Of a DNA stretch of 64,000 bases, positions 24,007-37,999 are shown one piece after another; the first letter of the stretch is position 1, and each line of letters opens with the position of its first letter. The stretch spans positions 34,038,001 to 34,102,000 of the forward strand of contig OZ365110.1 of the NCBI GenBank assembly GCA_977030845.1, written 5' to 3'. The DNA is from Fimbriosthenelais zetlandica. Its lineage: Eukaryota. The notes under the pieces are model-generated. The model did not search any database. It was not told where the DNA came from and was given only the letters and a program-made list of their open reading frames with translations. A program made the position numbers and the translations under genes.

Positions 24007-24237
24007 CAGGGGGTAAACCAAGGGCGGATCGAGGCAGTCAATACCAAACCCACCCTCCTTCAGAAATTATTTAAGAAATTTTTTTTTTTAAATGTCAAGG
24101 ATGAAATAATATCATTTTTGCTCATTCAAATAAATCTGTAAGGTCAACAGACAGGACACCCACCCTTTCAAAGGGCTGTCTTCCCGCCCCCCGAAAAAAA
24201 GAGAAAATCCTGGATCCGCCCATGTAACCCCCCTGAG
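24007..24237. mobile_element. MITE or nested MITEs with GC-rich TIRs
   Basis: Inner inverted repeat GGGCGGATC(G/C)AGG ... CCTGGATCCGCCC and outer inverted repeat CAGGGGGT.AAC ... GTAACCCCCTG. Confidence 0.55.
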
Positions 24238-24577
24238 AACCTATCAACACATTAGTGGTAATAATATTAACATTAACGACTTCATGAGGATTTCAGGTCC
24301 AACATCACAGTCCCAACTGCAGAGTTAAAGGAAAAAACATCAATTTATATTCCTCATTTTGTAATTTTTCAGGGCTCGAAAATTCCTGTCAACGTAATAT
24401 AGTCATAAGATATTAAATCTCAAAGAATCAAGAATTGTAATTCACTTTTAGCCCTTCTTTTCACGATAAGATTTAGTTATTCATAGAGATGGGTTTTTTT
24501 CACTAGCAGCATAGAAAGGAAAGAATGTATACATCATAATATGAGAATAATGACTGGCCTGTTGTCATTCAATAATA

Positions 24578-24909
24578 CAGTGGAACCTCACTATAATGAT
24601 CACTCTTGGTTTCATGTTTTTTTCTGACCGCTATGTGAGTAGCCAGTATAACCAGCCCTTACTTGGTAGGGATGGATACTCCCATCTATTTAACGAATAC
24701 ATGTAGAATAGTAGAAATGGTACCAAGCATAACATGGGCGTTATATGAAGTGACCGCTATAGTGAGGGAACCGCTATAATGAGGTGACTGCTATAGCGAG
24801 GTGACCGCTATAGTGAGCTGACCGCTATAGTGAGTACTGCCATAATTAGGTGACCGATATAGTAAAGGTGACTACTATATCGAGGTGACCGTTATGCGAG
24901 GTTCCACTG
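24578..24909. mobile_element. pogo/Tigger-like MITE with an internal roughly 18-19-bp tandem repeat
   Basis: TA|CAGTGGAACCTC ... GAGGTTCCACTG|TA. The interior holds about 8 copies of GTGACCGCTATAGTGAG. Confidence 0.85.
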
Positions 24910-25669
24910 TATTATCACTCTAAATAATGAACTTAATGATAAAGAATAAAGGCACATCCTGACAACTATAACATAGAATGCCTGCCATCTCTGGGACTGC
25001 TTTTGTCGTACGTTATGACTAGTCCAAAGCACACAGAATACATACATAGGCTACCCATACAATCTACCACCCAGAACTCTTTAGAACAAGACTCAAAAAC
25101 AGTCCTAGTTTTTGATACCAGTCTGAATCCATCCTAAGTAACCAAGTGTCCTTTGTGTATTGGCAAAGAGAGGGCTTTTGCTTTCCACAAAAGGTCGCCA
25201 TTTTTTGTGACCATTTTGCAGAATGTACAAATAATGCATGTTCCCTGACTTCATGTTCTTCTAATTTGGGCAAAAATCAATATTTGGAGAATTTTTCAAC
25301 CGCCTGTGCTACAGACCTCTACTTGCCAGTGACTAAAATATGAAATTTGACTACAACGCAGATTCGTATTCCTCCCTCGTGATCCGAACAACTAAATATT
25401 CACGGTACAATAAAATCCTCGCCGAGCAACCGATGAAAACTTTCTGAACCAAAATGTACAAGGCCATGCCTCTGTCACTTCAAACCATTTTTTACAAATG
25501 TACAGTAGTAAATGCAGCATCGTGTCTGAACCTTCAACTCTGCAGTGATGTTACATGTGTGGGTTTATCCTCTAAGTGTTATTATCATTGTCCATGAACC
25601 ATTACCTAGTGTGCCTGAAGAGGCACCCTTCATATTCCCCTCTTCAGTACACACTAAGTAAGGCCGGTA

Positions 25670-28600
25670 CTAGAAGCCCTGGTCATGTACGGTATTCATG
25701 TCTTTCTCCGTGACGGGGCATGACGTATGTCTGTTATATCGCCCGCGCGGGGGCGTACGTAACATAACGCCCCCCGCACCCCCCTCCTCCTTCTCCCCTC
25801 CACCATACACCCCATTCTGATCTACAGGCTCCTGTAGTCTATTCTCAATATCCTCCGAGTCTTCTCTCATGTCGGTAACTGAGGGAGCACGGACTACCGG
25901 GATACACCTTGGTTGTGGTTTGAATATACTAGCCAGGCCCTTCCAGCTATCCGCATCACTGGGAGCTGACGGCCGTAACATTGACTCATCTTCCTCGGGC
26001 GTTGTTCCCCGTGAGAAGAAACCAAAGAAGAATCTGCGGCTGGATGTGGGGCTCTGTACCGGGGTGACGTTCTGACTGTGAGCCGGGGTAACGGGGAGTG
26101 ACTGTACCATCCTTGATGTGTAAGACAGACTTGACATCTCCATCTCCGACTCGGAGCCCCGCATCCCCATGTAATCAGCACGGACTGAGAGGCGTCGGCG
26201 ACGAGGCGACGCGATCACAGACTCGTACAGACGATGCTTCATGATCTCTGACGAGATGCGTCGTGAGCGAGCGTCCTCCTGCATGTTCATACGCTTGATA
26301 GCGTCCAGCTGGCTCAGGTTCTGAGACGACCCTGGAATGACATGGACAATTAATATGAATTATGAAATGTTAAAATTAAAAGGTTCCCCCCCGACCACCC
26401 ATCCACTCATCTGGTTTGAACAGGTCTCAGGAATGTCTCTAGAGATCTCAAATTCTAAAAAGGCGCTTTTCTTACATTCGCCTGAAAATTCGTTGCCTGA
26501 CTCGAGTCTGCGCCTAAAGCGTATCAGCAGTGGCTCGTTTTCAGGCAAATTGCTAACCATTCATGGCCAATTTTTACAAATTCATCTATGCCACTTTCAC
26601 CCAGAATATAATCAGGGAAATTCCACCTTACAGTAAGGTGCTGCTTTGTTGATAGTGCCACTTTAAGTTATCGAAATTAGGTAAATCATATTGTCTCTAA
26701 AGGAGAGAATAGTGATAGATGAAGAATGCTAGATTATTTTATTTAGAACTAAGTTATTTAAATGGGCCTTAAAATGTTTATTACTAAGCAAATTACCAAA
26801 AATCATTATAACACTCTCATTATTAAAAACATAGTATGTTTTATACGGTTATTTTAAAACAATGAAGCGCAACGCAAACGTGAAATTATTTAACTAAAAT
26901 AAGCTATAAAAATATACATTTTTCAGTAAATCTGCTCAGACTGCAATTCACCAAAACACAAGTTTCCATGCTGCGGCTCTAGCAATGTCATCACAGGAAA
27001 TTGGCATAAAAATTCTCAAAATAAATTCAACAAAGTCAAATAAAATTATTTCATGTTCTATCCTAATATTGTTTTCTCGCACAAATAAATTTGAATTATG
27101 TTCTAATATATCCCCTGTGGAGGGCGGTGGCAGTAGTTGGTGGCGGGTGTGGGGGGGGGGGGGGGGGGCAATGGTGGGAGGGCGGTGGCAGTAGTTGGAG
27201 AGGGGATGGGTAGAGGGTATAGACCTACCAACTGGCAAGCACCTAGAACCGGGCAGTTGCCAAGTGGTAATGTCTGAGATGGGGAATGTATCAGTAAGGG
27301 TGGTGTGGGAGCATGTATTAGAACAATGCGTAATAGAATGTGAACAAGTAGAGGTTGGAGGAAGGCCTGGGTCGTGATTACCGCCAATCCCCCATCTATC
27401 AGACCAGGCTCTCCACAATACATACTTGTATGTAGAAGAGAATAGAGGATACAATACTCGTTTGGCAGAAAACGAGTAGCCTAAAGAATTCTATTCTCTC
27501 TCTATTCTCTTACAACACATAGTATGCTATACTTGGTGGTCATCGCTACCTCTATCTTTACATGTTATACTTTGGAAAAATTTAAAATTGGAGAAATTCA
27601 GAAAATAATAATTATTAGTAATTAATAATAAACATTTATTCCCCTTTTCTATCTTTTTAAAAGAACAAGAACAGCCCTTGACGCTCAATGAGTGTTAGAA
27701 TTAATTTTTGCCTCTAGATTTTGTTTTAAATCTGCAGCAGTTATCTTCAATGGCTAAAGAATTAATTTAATTATATTTTACTTAGAAATTGAAACTTGTA
27801 ATCTTGTCCTTCTTACGGGGAAACTGTTAACTTTCCACCTGTTACAAGTGTAGTAGACCAACAAATCTACACCTTCTGTCCAATAATTGATGCTCTTCCG
27901 GAGCTTAACCATGTAAATGTCAAATGTAAATGTTATGTATCCTCTAAAATAAGACAACTGTAAATCAACTAATACTGGAGTACGGCCTATAGCTATTATA
28001 TAGAAAACAAAATTCAAAATTCAGACGTATGAAAGAGAAAAGACTTAAGAGATGAAAAATTAATGTATACAAATGAAAAATGTATTGAAACAACTGAAAA
28101 TTTTTAATTTCAAAATGTCTATAAATGTCACTTTAGTATCTGAGAACTGCATTATTTGTTCAACTTAAAGAAATCATTTATACATTATATATATTTTATT
28201 TAGGCTAATATAATTTAATGTTGAGTTCAGCATGAACATGGAATTAGCCAACCTGAATCAACTGAACTTAACCGCAAAACGAGCAAAAAACTGACGTTTC
28301 AGATTTTTTTCAGGAAGCAAAATTAATGTAAAATTTCGTTTTCTCATCCAAAAAATAAACAAGAATTTTTCAACTTGGCAGGTTAGCTTTTTTGACTCAC
28401 CATTTTTAGGAGTGTCTTAAAACATCATGAGAAGAATGAAGAGTAGATTTTGTAAGATGATAAAGTATGATCTGATGAAAATGATTTTAACAGGGAACGA
28501 AACCTCTACACTACAGTACATAAACACACATGTTATGTCTACCGTACATATTAAGTCACTTACCTGAAACCTTTTTATATTATTTCAAACAAAGCCTACC

Positions 28601-30566
28601 CCTAGCTAAGCTTACTAATTGTTGATCCTGTAAAGGTTCAGACCCACTAAAGCGATTTTCCAACCTATGACCATCAGATTTACTCCTAATGAAACCTAGA
28701 CTTGCCCAGCTAGCGAGGGGAGAAGGGAGTCAATGCGGAAGGGAGTTGTAACTCCAGTCCTGTCATGGGGACGAGGGCTAGTCCAATGTAAGAGTTACCA
28801 ATTGTTAAGGAAATCTGATGGACGTCGGATGGAAAATCGGAGGAGTGGGACTGGACCCTTACTTGCAGTAAATAATAATAACCAAAACAATAACGAACAT
28901 GCCTGAGAGTATTTCTGGGTACATACAGGAAGAAAGTGGATATTCTATCAATGTATCATTTTCAAACCTTCACTTTTTAATTCTTAAAAAAAAAAGATGG
29001 ATTTTAGGGATTTTTAAATCCATAAAAAACAGACTTCCAGGGCTGGACTTCCAATGCTTTACGCTCAATTCATCACATATAAGACTTCAGATCTATGTGC
29101 TCTTGTAAATTGTGGTAATTAATAAAATAAATGACCCAGTTCAGGGAAATTAAATAAACAAAATCAAATATACATAATTTTGGTGTTTTGCAACTAAAAC
29201 TATGTAGACCTATGAGATCTGTGCGCTGTCCAGTCCGTAATGCTAGTGCATCGCAGAACTGCGCTTAAATGTACCCAATCCCAGTGAGAAAATAAAATTT
29301 CCAATTTCTTAAAATAAAAATGAGTTAAAGAATGAAGGTTTGTAATATTTTGGGTTAGTTTTTGAGCTGCGCGCGCAGTTGTTAGACATCCTCACTTACT
29401 TGTCATCAGAGGGTCGCTCATGCCTGTTAGGTTAGAGTTGATTAATGTTAATCATTAATTAATACAGGTAGTACAGGTAGGGTTTATAAACGAGGAGGGT
29501 ACAAAGCTGCCAATAACAGAGCTTCTACTAGACCTTCCTTCAAAGTAGAAAAAAACAAACATTTCATTGCTTTCAAGTTGAAGTTGATTTCCCCCGTACC
29601 CCTCAAAATTAGACCAGAGGACCCTAGCAGAAGCTCTGGTGTGGCAAGACAAAATCACATATATAGAGTAATGGTGCAGCAAGAGATGGAGATAGAGGTA
29701 GAAGCAAAATGTAATTAATACAGAGCTCTAGAATGTGCAGGTTTTATAGGATAATTTATAGTAGTACAGAGAAGGGTTCCTTCTATAACTAAATGATTCA
29801 TGAACCAATGATACTGGCACAGTATGAGATGAACTTTCAAAAATAGTCCAGGTTAAAAATCCAGTCATACATAATGATCGAAAAATGACTAGATATGAAT
29901 GATTCTTGATATCATGATAGGAATGTCAATGATATGAATGAGATCTGATAGGGCATACAGTCACCCCACATATTGTAGTATTAATAGCACACACTGGACA
30001 AAGACAGTCATCCCAGCATTTAATGGAAACAACATTTTCATCCATTTTCTTAATTATTTCTTAAAAATTACAGAATGATTTATCTTTCCATCGACCCATC
30101 TCTAATTTAAGCCTAAATAGTGCATCCACTGTGAAATTGAAACAGTAAATTCCCTGATTCTTTAAATTTAGCCAATATTTCTTTCAAATTGCCAGATTTT
30201 AATTTAAATTTTCCTGATCTTTTCCTGACTGAAAATCTCAATCACCCCAGTTTTTCCAGGATATCTGGGAAGCCTGCCAGGTTTGATTTTGACATTATAA
30301 AATGAAGATGAATAATACCAACCAAAAGTGGCGAGGTTGGTGTTAGAGCCCATGGCGAGGCACTCCTTGGAGCTGCTCAGGGACGCCATGGCCTGGTATT
30401 TAGAACTGCCCCGGGAGAACGACCTGAAGCGGCCCCGGGGGCGGGGCGGGTTGAAGGAAAAGTTAGCGAACTCGTCATCGTGGTCCTGTCGTCGGAACAT
30501 GCCGTAGTTGTGTTTAGCTCGAGCGATGCTCGGAGAGGAGGTTGTAGAGTCAGTGGCTTCCGCCAT
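25670..30566 (-). CDS. KIAA1191: KIAA1191/P33MONOX-like intrinsically disordered protein
   Basis: Exons about 30566-30323 and about 26330-25670 join in phase 1; a possible cassette exon lies near 29540-29475. Short motifs recall human KIAA1191 as remembered: GMFRRQDHDD (vs GIYRRAVSYDD), SLPVTP..SQNVTPVQSP..RRFFFGFF (vs QSTPSTTPHSSPKQRPRGWF), and C-terminal EKDMNTVHDQGF* (vs PRDLNVLTPTGF*). The gene is head-to-head with ARL10, as in human. Confidence 0.6.
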
Positions 30567-32840
30567 ACCAGGTTCCCCCCTGAAAAGACAAATTTATATA
30601 TTGAAAATATTAATATGAATGGCCCTTGCTCTCTCAGTGGGTGGGGTGTCTCGAGGTGGGGCAGAGGCGGATATGGTGGGGAATTTCTACCGGTCAAAAA
30701 ATATTTTGGGTCAAAGGCCAGATCCACCCACTCCCACCTTCATATGGCTTGGGCCCCCGGACACCCCTCACCATCCAACATTTTTTATCCCTCCCTCGAG
30801 CAGGGCGTGGTCATAAAGTTTGCTTTCCCCTCGCCCTCAGTTCACAAACACACACCCCAATATTACGTTTTAAAAAAGTAAGCCCCTGGAGCGCCCTCCC
30901 CACATACCTAAAATGCAATCTAGAGATAGTAATCAGAGCAAAACATAGAAGTACTGATTAATAGAACATTAATTATGACTATTTACTTGGGGTAGAAACC
31001 CATGACATTGAATGGAAACAAAGAACCTCGTAGAAACTTACAAAATGAAATGAATAAATAAATCATTAAGTACAACTATATGGTGAAGTCGGGGGAGGGA
31101 GCATACCTGGGCTGGAAATCCTCATCACTGGCTGACCAGATCACAGTGCTTATCAATAGCCTTAGCCCTATACGTGCTGCCTTTCATCCATAGACAAATA
31201 GACATCATTATTGATTTCTGGCAGGACTATTGAAGACCAATGCTGGCCTCCAAGTATGGCCTATAGCCTATTGATCACGTAACATGATTCTCACTCTATG
31301 CTCCACTTAAAGGGTATCATTCAAAATTCATAGGAATTTCTTTCTTTCTTAATTTTCAATTCTTTCATTTAAAAAAAAAATGGTTATTTCCTATTGCGTT
31401 ACTTAGACAATAAGTACATCCCTCAGGGTTATACTAATTATCAGGAGATAAATGAAAATAATTATACTTTTCGTCAGCATTGGACCAAATAACATCTCAA
31501 TCAGAAATCTGAATCAGTCATTAAGATTTATATTTTGTAACGCCAGAATATTGATTATTGTATAAGACACTTAGTCCTGGCCTGAGGCCGAGTCACTAAT
31601 ATTTGAGTGTTGGGCTAGCTGAGGTTACAGGCCAGGTTGGGACACGGTCAATCATTGTGTATTGACTATTTCATTTTGTGTATTGACTAAGAGGATTTGT
31701 TCTTCCAAAATAGCTGTCCTTTCTCAAGAATCCAGTCAAGGACAGGTCCAATATTTGGTTATTATATGACTGATTATTATTTATTTGCACGTTTAGCAGA
31801 CAAATTAATAGATTCAATCAGCTGATTCTATAATCAGATGGTCCAACATTCTTTTTAATTAATGGCATAGCCATAGGCCTACTATTATGCCGATGAAGGA
31901 TACTTCAGACACAGCCTAGGCCTACAAAGTACACCCCTTTATTTGTCAACAAACCATGCATCAACATTAATGTAATTTTAGTTATTTTTAATGAGAAAAT
32001 TAATGGATAATGCATTATCTACCAAAATATTTATAACCAGACATGGGATTATATAATACATACACATTCATAATGAGATCACATAAAACGTCGACTAACT
32101 GTAGTCTATTCTATACATTTGGAGTATTTAAATACCAGATAAATAAATAAACATCCCTGACTCAGTCTTGTCCCAAGTCATCACATCCAGTTGTCACTGC
32201 ATTCTCAATCAAATTTGCACCCATTTTATCCATGCACCTACTATAAATCGACCAGATATCAATCAGTTCATGTTTTGGGAATCGAATTTAGTCTGTTTCA
32301 CAGCTTGAGATACCAAGGAATTAATTTGAAGGGTAAGAAACGATGCTTTTACAGGTCCTGTACAGTCTCAATGTCAAAGTGAGGAGAGAGAGAAATGTTG
32401 ATGTGTGACAACAATCGGGGGCGTGGACATGAAAACACCCTCAAAAGCACCCTAATAACATTGAATTTCTCACCTTAAAAACCAAACGCTGTCTACAAGC
32501 CAGTGATCTAGTGGTTATCCATAACTGAGGCGAGGAACGAAGGTTTAAAGCGATTATTTAACAAGAAATGTACGAAGGAAATCCTCCAGGCATAAAACGA
32601 TAAGAGAGTACCGACCACATACTCTCAACGACAAAATACTCATTTCAGTAAAAATAAGATTTTGAGATTATCTAAAGTTTATTTTCAGAATCTCAACATA
32701 TATATTAATTATGATTCACGATCAGAAAGAAAAAATGAGAATTTGGTGGAGAAAAAGATGATATTTTGGCATAAAAGTGAAGCATGAATTCTGGTTTGAG
32801 ATTATAAAGATGGGTCACGTGACATGCGGCGTTAGTAAAC

Positions 32841-34719
32841 ATGGCGGCCATGGGATGTAAAAATGTACATCCCTTAACTAAAGCAGCTATTATCGCAGGC
32901 TCTGGCTTGGCACTCACCGGCTTAGCTTACTATTTATACAGAAAACTACACGGAGATGCCGAGGACAGCAGTGATGAGGGATTTGAGGATTCGCCAAGGG
33001 TAAAATATTGCACTGTTACTCGCCATTTTGGGGAATGTTTTGGTTTGACAACATCCCTGACCCTGCCCCTGCCTTGACATCCCCTGGACTTGGCGGGCTT
33101 GGGCCTGGTTGGGTGGTATTTAGATTTGGCCCCGGGAATTTTTAATATTCTTGTCACTGTGCGGTTTTGCTAAACCTAGAAATACTATATAAAATATTAT
33201 TGATTCCACAGCCCAGATATATTTGAATGTTGGTTGTAAAATTGTTATTTATCATTTCATGTCAAATTATTTATGACCAATTAATTTACAGGTACCGTAA
33301 CTTAAATTTTAAAATAAACTCATAATTTACATAAGCTCATAATTTAAAACCTTATCAGTTCATGGCATATTAGTAAATTCGATATTAGGAACTCCTCTGT
33401 TAACAATTGCCTCTGATTATTTAACCTTTCTCATATTATTGACATTAATAATTGTCTAATTTATTTTCATTTTACAGAGTGAAGAACCAGAGAAGAAAGT
33501 GTTAATGTTGGGGTTAGATGGGGCTGGTAAGAGTACGCTGTTAGCCAGCCTGGGCAAACAAGACCCGGCTGTAGAGACGCAACCCACAGAGGGCTTCAAC
33601 GTCATGTGTGTACAGACAGAAAACATCTCACTCAACATCTGGGAAAGTGAGTTTATATTTAATCTTAGATCGTAAAAATGTTAATTTAAATTCTCTATCA
33701 GAGTGCCAGTATTTGGCTAAAGTAGAGACACAGGCCAGGGTTGCCACAGGGAAAGGTCAGTGAAGTTGGGCAACTCCCCTTCGTGGTAAGCCTGGCCCTG
33801 TATTAATTTAAATTAAAATGGGAGGAAATGGTGACTGTTTAATCATTTGATTTAATGATTGTCTTGTCACATTGTTCAGGGTCAAAAATTAATAATTTTT
33901 CTCAAGGAAATTTGGGCAACAGTCCCATGTTCTGAAAACCTTTTCTCAGACCCCAAAATCTTGACTGAATGTACAATTTGGGGAAAGCACAGTACGGGTA
34001 CTTTGTCTCTGTTTTGTGAGGTTGTGATTTTGTGATTGTAGTTGGCGGCGCGCCCACCATGCGGGACTACTGGAGGAAGTTTCTACATGACACGGCCGTG
34101 CTGTGTTACGTCATAGATTCAGCTGATAAAACCAGACTGTCAGAATCCGTGAACGAGCTGAGAAACCTGCTGAAAGAGGACGCTCTCAAGGGGGTGGGCG
34201 TCATCATAGTCGCCAATAAACAGGTAAATGCTCAACATCAGAATGATTTATTTATTAATTATGCAGCATTTACATAGCGCCTTAACCATTCGAAATGCTC
34301 TAAAGTGCTGAACATAAAATCAATTTAAAAGGAAAATATGAATAAACAAATTGTGACTATACAACAGCTGTTGTTGAAAGTAAAGGATATAAATTTTCCT
34401 ATTCCTATTTTGTCCTGTTTTTCAAGCAATTCTATTTTCCAATTTTGCCCCGATTTCGTCCTGTTTTCTTGCTATTTTGTGATTAATACATTTCTCGCAT
34501 TTTCTCTATTATATTCTCCTGAATTTAAATAATTTTACCTGTGATGTATTTTCACTATATTTCCACCTTTTTCAGGACTTGCCAGGAGCACTGACACCTG
34601 AGAAACTGAAGGAAGAGATTGGTATGGACATGTGTCTACTGGCCACCCAGGTGCCCAGGGTGGGGCAGCACCAGGGTGTCACTGATCTAGAGGAAATGTT
34701 GGTGGCTGTGTCCTCCTAG
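32841..34719 (+). CDS. ARL10: ARL10/ARL9-like ARF-family GTPase with N-terminal membrane anchor
   Basis: Exons 32841-32999, 33478-33646, 34042-34223, 34576-34719. Motifs: G1 LGLDGAGKST, switch I PTEGFN, G3 variant WEIGG (E for D, as in ARL9/10), G4 NKQD. The N-terminal helix AAIIAGSGLALTGLAYYLY replaces a myristoylation motif. Confidence 0.85.
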
Positions 34720-37092
34720 TGGACATCATACAAACTACATTCCTTATTAAATCACTTTATCAACTATTTACACTCTATTCCCTTCATTTATCGCCCAATC
34801 TCCTTATTTATTGTTGAAGCAATCACATTTTTGCATCTCAAAGTGTAGTGATACCCCTACACCTTCCCCTACCCCTACCCCCGCCCACACAGAGGTGTTT
34901 CTGTCCTGGTATATTCCAGGATGTGCTCAAAAGCATCCGTCCTTCTTTGACATTTTCCTCAGTTGATTTTTAAACTATTGTCGCTAAAATATTACCTGTT
35001 GGACCTATTGCGCAACTTTCTTAGATCTTAGCCGTAAACCTTACTGTAGAGTATAAAACAAGTTATTATAAAATAATAAGAAATGTTGACATGAAAAATT
35101 ATAATGTCCTATTTCACTTGCATATAAGATCCCGTAGAGACAAGGCCCTCTGTGAATAAGAAACATGTATACTGTAATTTCTATGTAGGCCCGGTGATAT
35201 GGATATGAAGGAATAGATAGTGTACAGATTCATATTAACTCCAAACCACTGGGCCCAGTCTTTCTGCTCAGCTCTCTCTCCTGATATATTTTACTGACAT
35301 GTTTAAATTTGTGTGCATTGACTTGATCCGTTAAAAGGGCTGCAATAATTATCCAACTTGTTATTAAATTGGTTTCTATATTTGCTTGAATGTTTGAAGA
35401 AATTCAGGGAAATCGGTTAAATACATTATACTATTATAAAAGATATCTAGCTTAGATGTGTACATTGGTTACTTGTATATAGTACAGATTATTCCTGTGA
35501 CAATCCAACATTTTGGTCCTTAATGCTGGAAAGAAAATAGTGTGGAAATTATTGAGTGTTCAGGACAAATGTGCTTACTACATTCTGTATCTAAAATACC
35601 AATTGTTGCTTAGTGCTGTTATACTAGTGTTCAGTAAAACTGTATCTGTATAGGGAACACTTCGGGGACTGTGAGAAAGTGTTTACTATATGTGGAGGTG
35701 TTCACTAATCAGAGGGAATTATAGGCTATATGACAACTCAAGAACCTGGGACTGAAAGATTGTTCACTATATGGAGTTGTTCACTAACCAGGGGTGCTCA
35801 CTCATGGAGCGTTTACTATTGAATCCTGAATGTGAAACATTAGATGTGTGAATATATAGGTAGCTATGCTTGCCATAAACAAATCATTACATGTATTTAA
35901 TTATAGGGTAAAACTAGTGTTGAAGGAAAGGAGTGATAACTACAGATTTGATTATCTCTTTATAAGGTAACAAACAATATTCCCGGGTTCTGGTACCGAG
36001 GTTTCATTATAAAATGCGGAATTTTTCACTTTTTTTCAAGTCCAGTTTACAAGAATGCGGATGGTAAAAGATGTAAAAATGTTTAAAATATAATTATTGC
36101 GCGGAGCAGAGCCAGGGGATATTTTTTGGGCCTAATTGTCTGTGATGCTTTCAATAGCTGCAGATTATACTGGTTGGACCAAAAGTTAGTTCTGACGAGA
36201 GAGACATAGTGATAGTGTAAAGATAGTGTATATTAATCATTCCACCGATATAATGAATATAGAGAGTGACATTTCATTATGAACCTTCCATCTTGACACT
36301 ATTATACATTTTGGATAGATCTGTGTGCTTACTTGGATCATTTTTGATGATAATAAACTTCTTGAAAATATTAAAAGTTGCTTTTTTTAATAGTTTTTTT
36401 GTCTTAGCAGTGGGAGAACTTTTACATGCCCCTCACCACATATATTGGGAGACATGGCTGGCCTTTTAAATGCCCTTACCACAGACAGTGGGAGACATGA
36501 CTGGCGTCTTTGAATTTCAATTTCTTGGCCTATACAAGTTATAAATGACAAGAAATAACACTAAAGAATCCTTCCCCTGCAGATTTTAAAATGAGGATCC
36601 CTACACAAGACTAGTAAAGAAAATATATCTTCCTTTTTATTTCGCAAAAACAAATCTTGTACATGTATAACTCATGATAATCTCTTGACTATGACGACAT
36701 GAGTATCCTTCCAGCATAGAAGTATTCTTTACACTTTACAAAAGCCCATTCAGCCTGGGATTCTGTGTTGGCCTTTTAAGATAAATTAGAAAGAAACTGG
36801 CAATCAAGGGGAAAATATACAAGTTGTATGCACTCCATTCTCATATTCTAATTGTATGTATTTTGTGTACAATTCCATATCTAATCTTCTCAGTGACCCA
36901 GCTGCAATATTTACAAAATTATGTACAGTTCACTCCAGTATGAGTATTATCTCCCTATATATGGTGAGATACTGGATGCAGAATCAATGTCTGTGAGCTG
37001 AGACTTACTCAGTACAAATAGAAAGACCTGTTCTTCATTATCAGTTGGATTTTTTCTTGGTTTTCTATGTAAGGCCTGCCCTAGATTCTATA

Positions 37093-37795
37093 TCAGTTGG
37101 CTTGTGCTCGATTTTCTCTTTCTTTTCTGGATTTGTGAGCGCTGTAGAGAACACCGCCTAAGAGGGAGACGACAGTAAAACTCTGAGCTGCCACGCGCAG
37201 GCGCATCATCTTCTGAGACATGGCTTTGTTTCCACTCTTCATCTGCCACAGTCCGTACGTGAGGGCAAAGACTGTCACCGACAAACCTGGAGGAAAGATC
37301 AATCAGCAAAATCAGTGACTGAAAATTAGTATAAACTGAATAAAAATCTAAAGCGAAAGAATAAAGTTATTTCTCATTTAGATTCTAGTCTAGATAAACT
37401 GCTAATCTTCTTTTTTAACTTACGATAAGTTAAATATCATACATATGAGGTATATTATTGAATTAAGTAAAGTCTAGGTAAAACTAAGCCACAAATATTC
37501 AACAATTAATACAAATCTGAAATTCCCCAGACCCCGCCTCCCAGCCCTTCAACCATTGACCGGGGTCGATGGCCCAGGTCCCGCCCAGCCCCCAGATGCA
37601 GACCGTTCTCCCGAGCCCGGGCAGTGGACATCCCAATAAACATCATCAATAACTTCACTCACCGAGAGGCACCATTGGATTCTCCTTCGTTTTCCTCAAC
37701 ATTTTCTCTTTAAAAGTCTCCGGTGCGGGCCAGTTGAGAAGTTCATCTCTGTTTGGTATCTGTAAATAGGAGAAATCTTCACGTTTTCCAGCCAT
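37093..37795 (-). CDS. HIGD2A: HIG1 domain family member 2A-like (respiratory supercomplex factor)
   Basis: Exons 37795-37663 and 37286-37093 join in phase 1. Sequence FKEKMLRKTKENPMVPLG..T..ALTYGL..MKSGN..MSQKMMRLRVAAQSFTVVSL is the HIG1 signature. Confidence 0.92.
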
Positions 37796-37929
37796 TCTTA
37801 TGTTTGCCCTTCCAGTCTTTTATAACTGAAAATGGTGAAAGTTGTTAACATATGAGTTGTAAGCCGTTAACACGGCGTGGTAACGGGTAGAGTTGCAGGC
37901 GGGTGTGTTTTACCATTTTCACCACCACA

Positions 37930-37937
37930 CCGGAAGT
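37930..37937. promoter_or_regulatory. ETS/GABP-type site in the HIGD2A-NOP16 bidirectional promoter
   Basis: CCGGAAGT lies in the roughly 205 bp between the divergent ATGs at 37795 and 38000. Confidence 0.45.
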
Positions 37938-37999
37938 TAGCTCAGTAAGGCCAGAATCCCACGTGTGTTACACATTTAACACAAAATAGCTAAATAATA

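Noticed and set aside
26948-27454. Pro-rich minus-strand ORFs inside the KIAA1191-like intron
   Set aside because: No phase-compatible acceptor/donor pair was found. The Pro content comes from a poly-G run and a short direct repeat.
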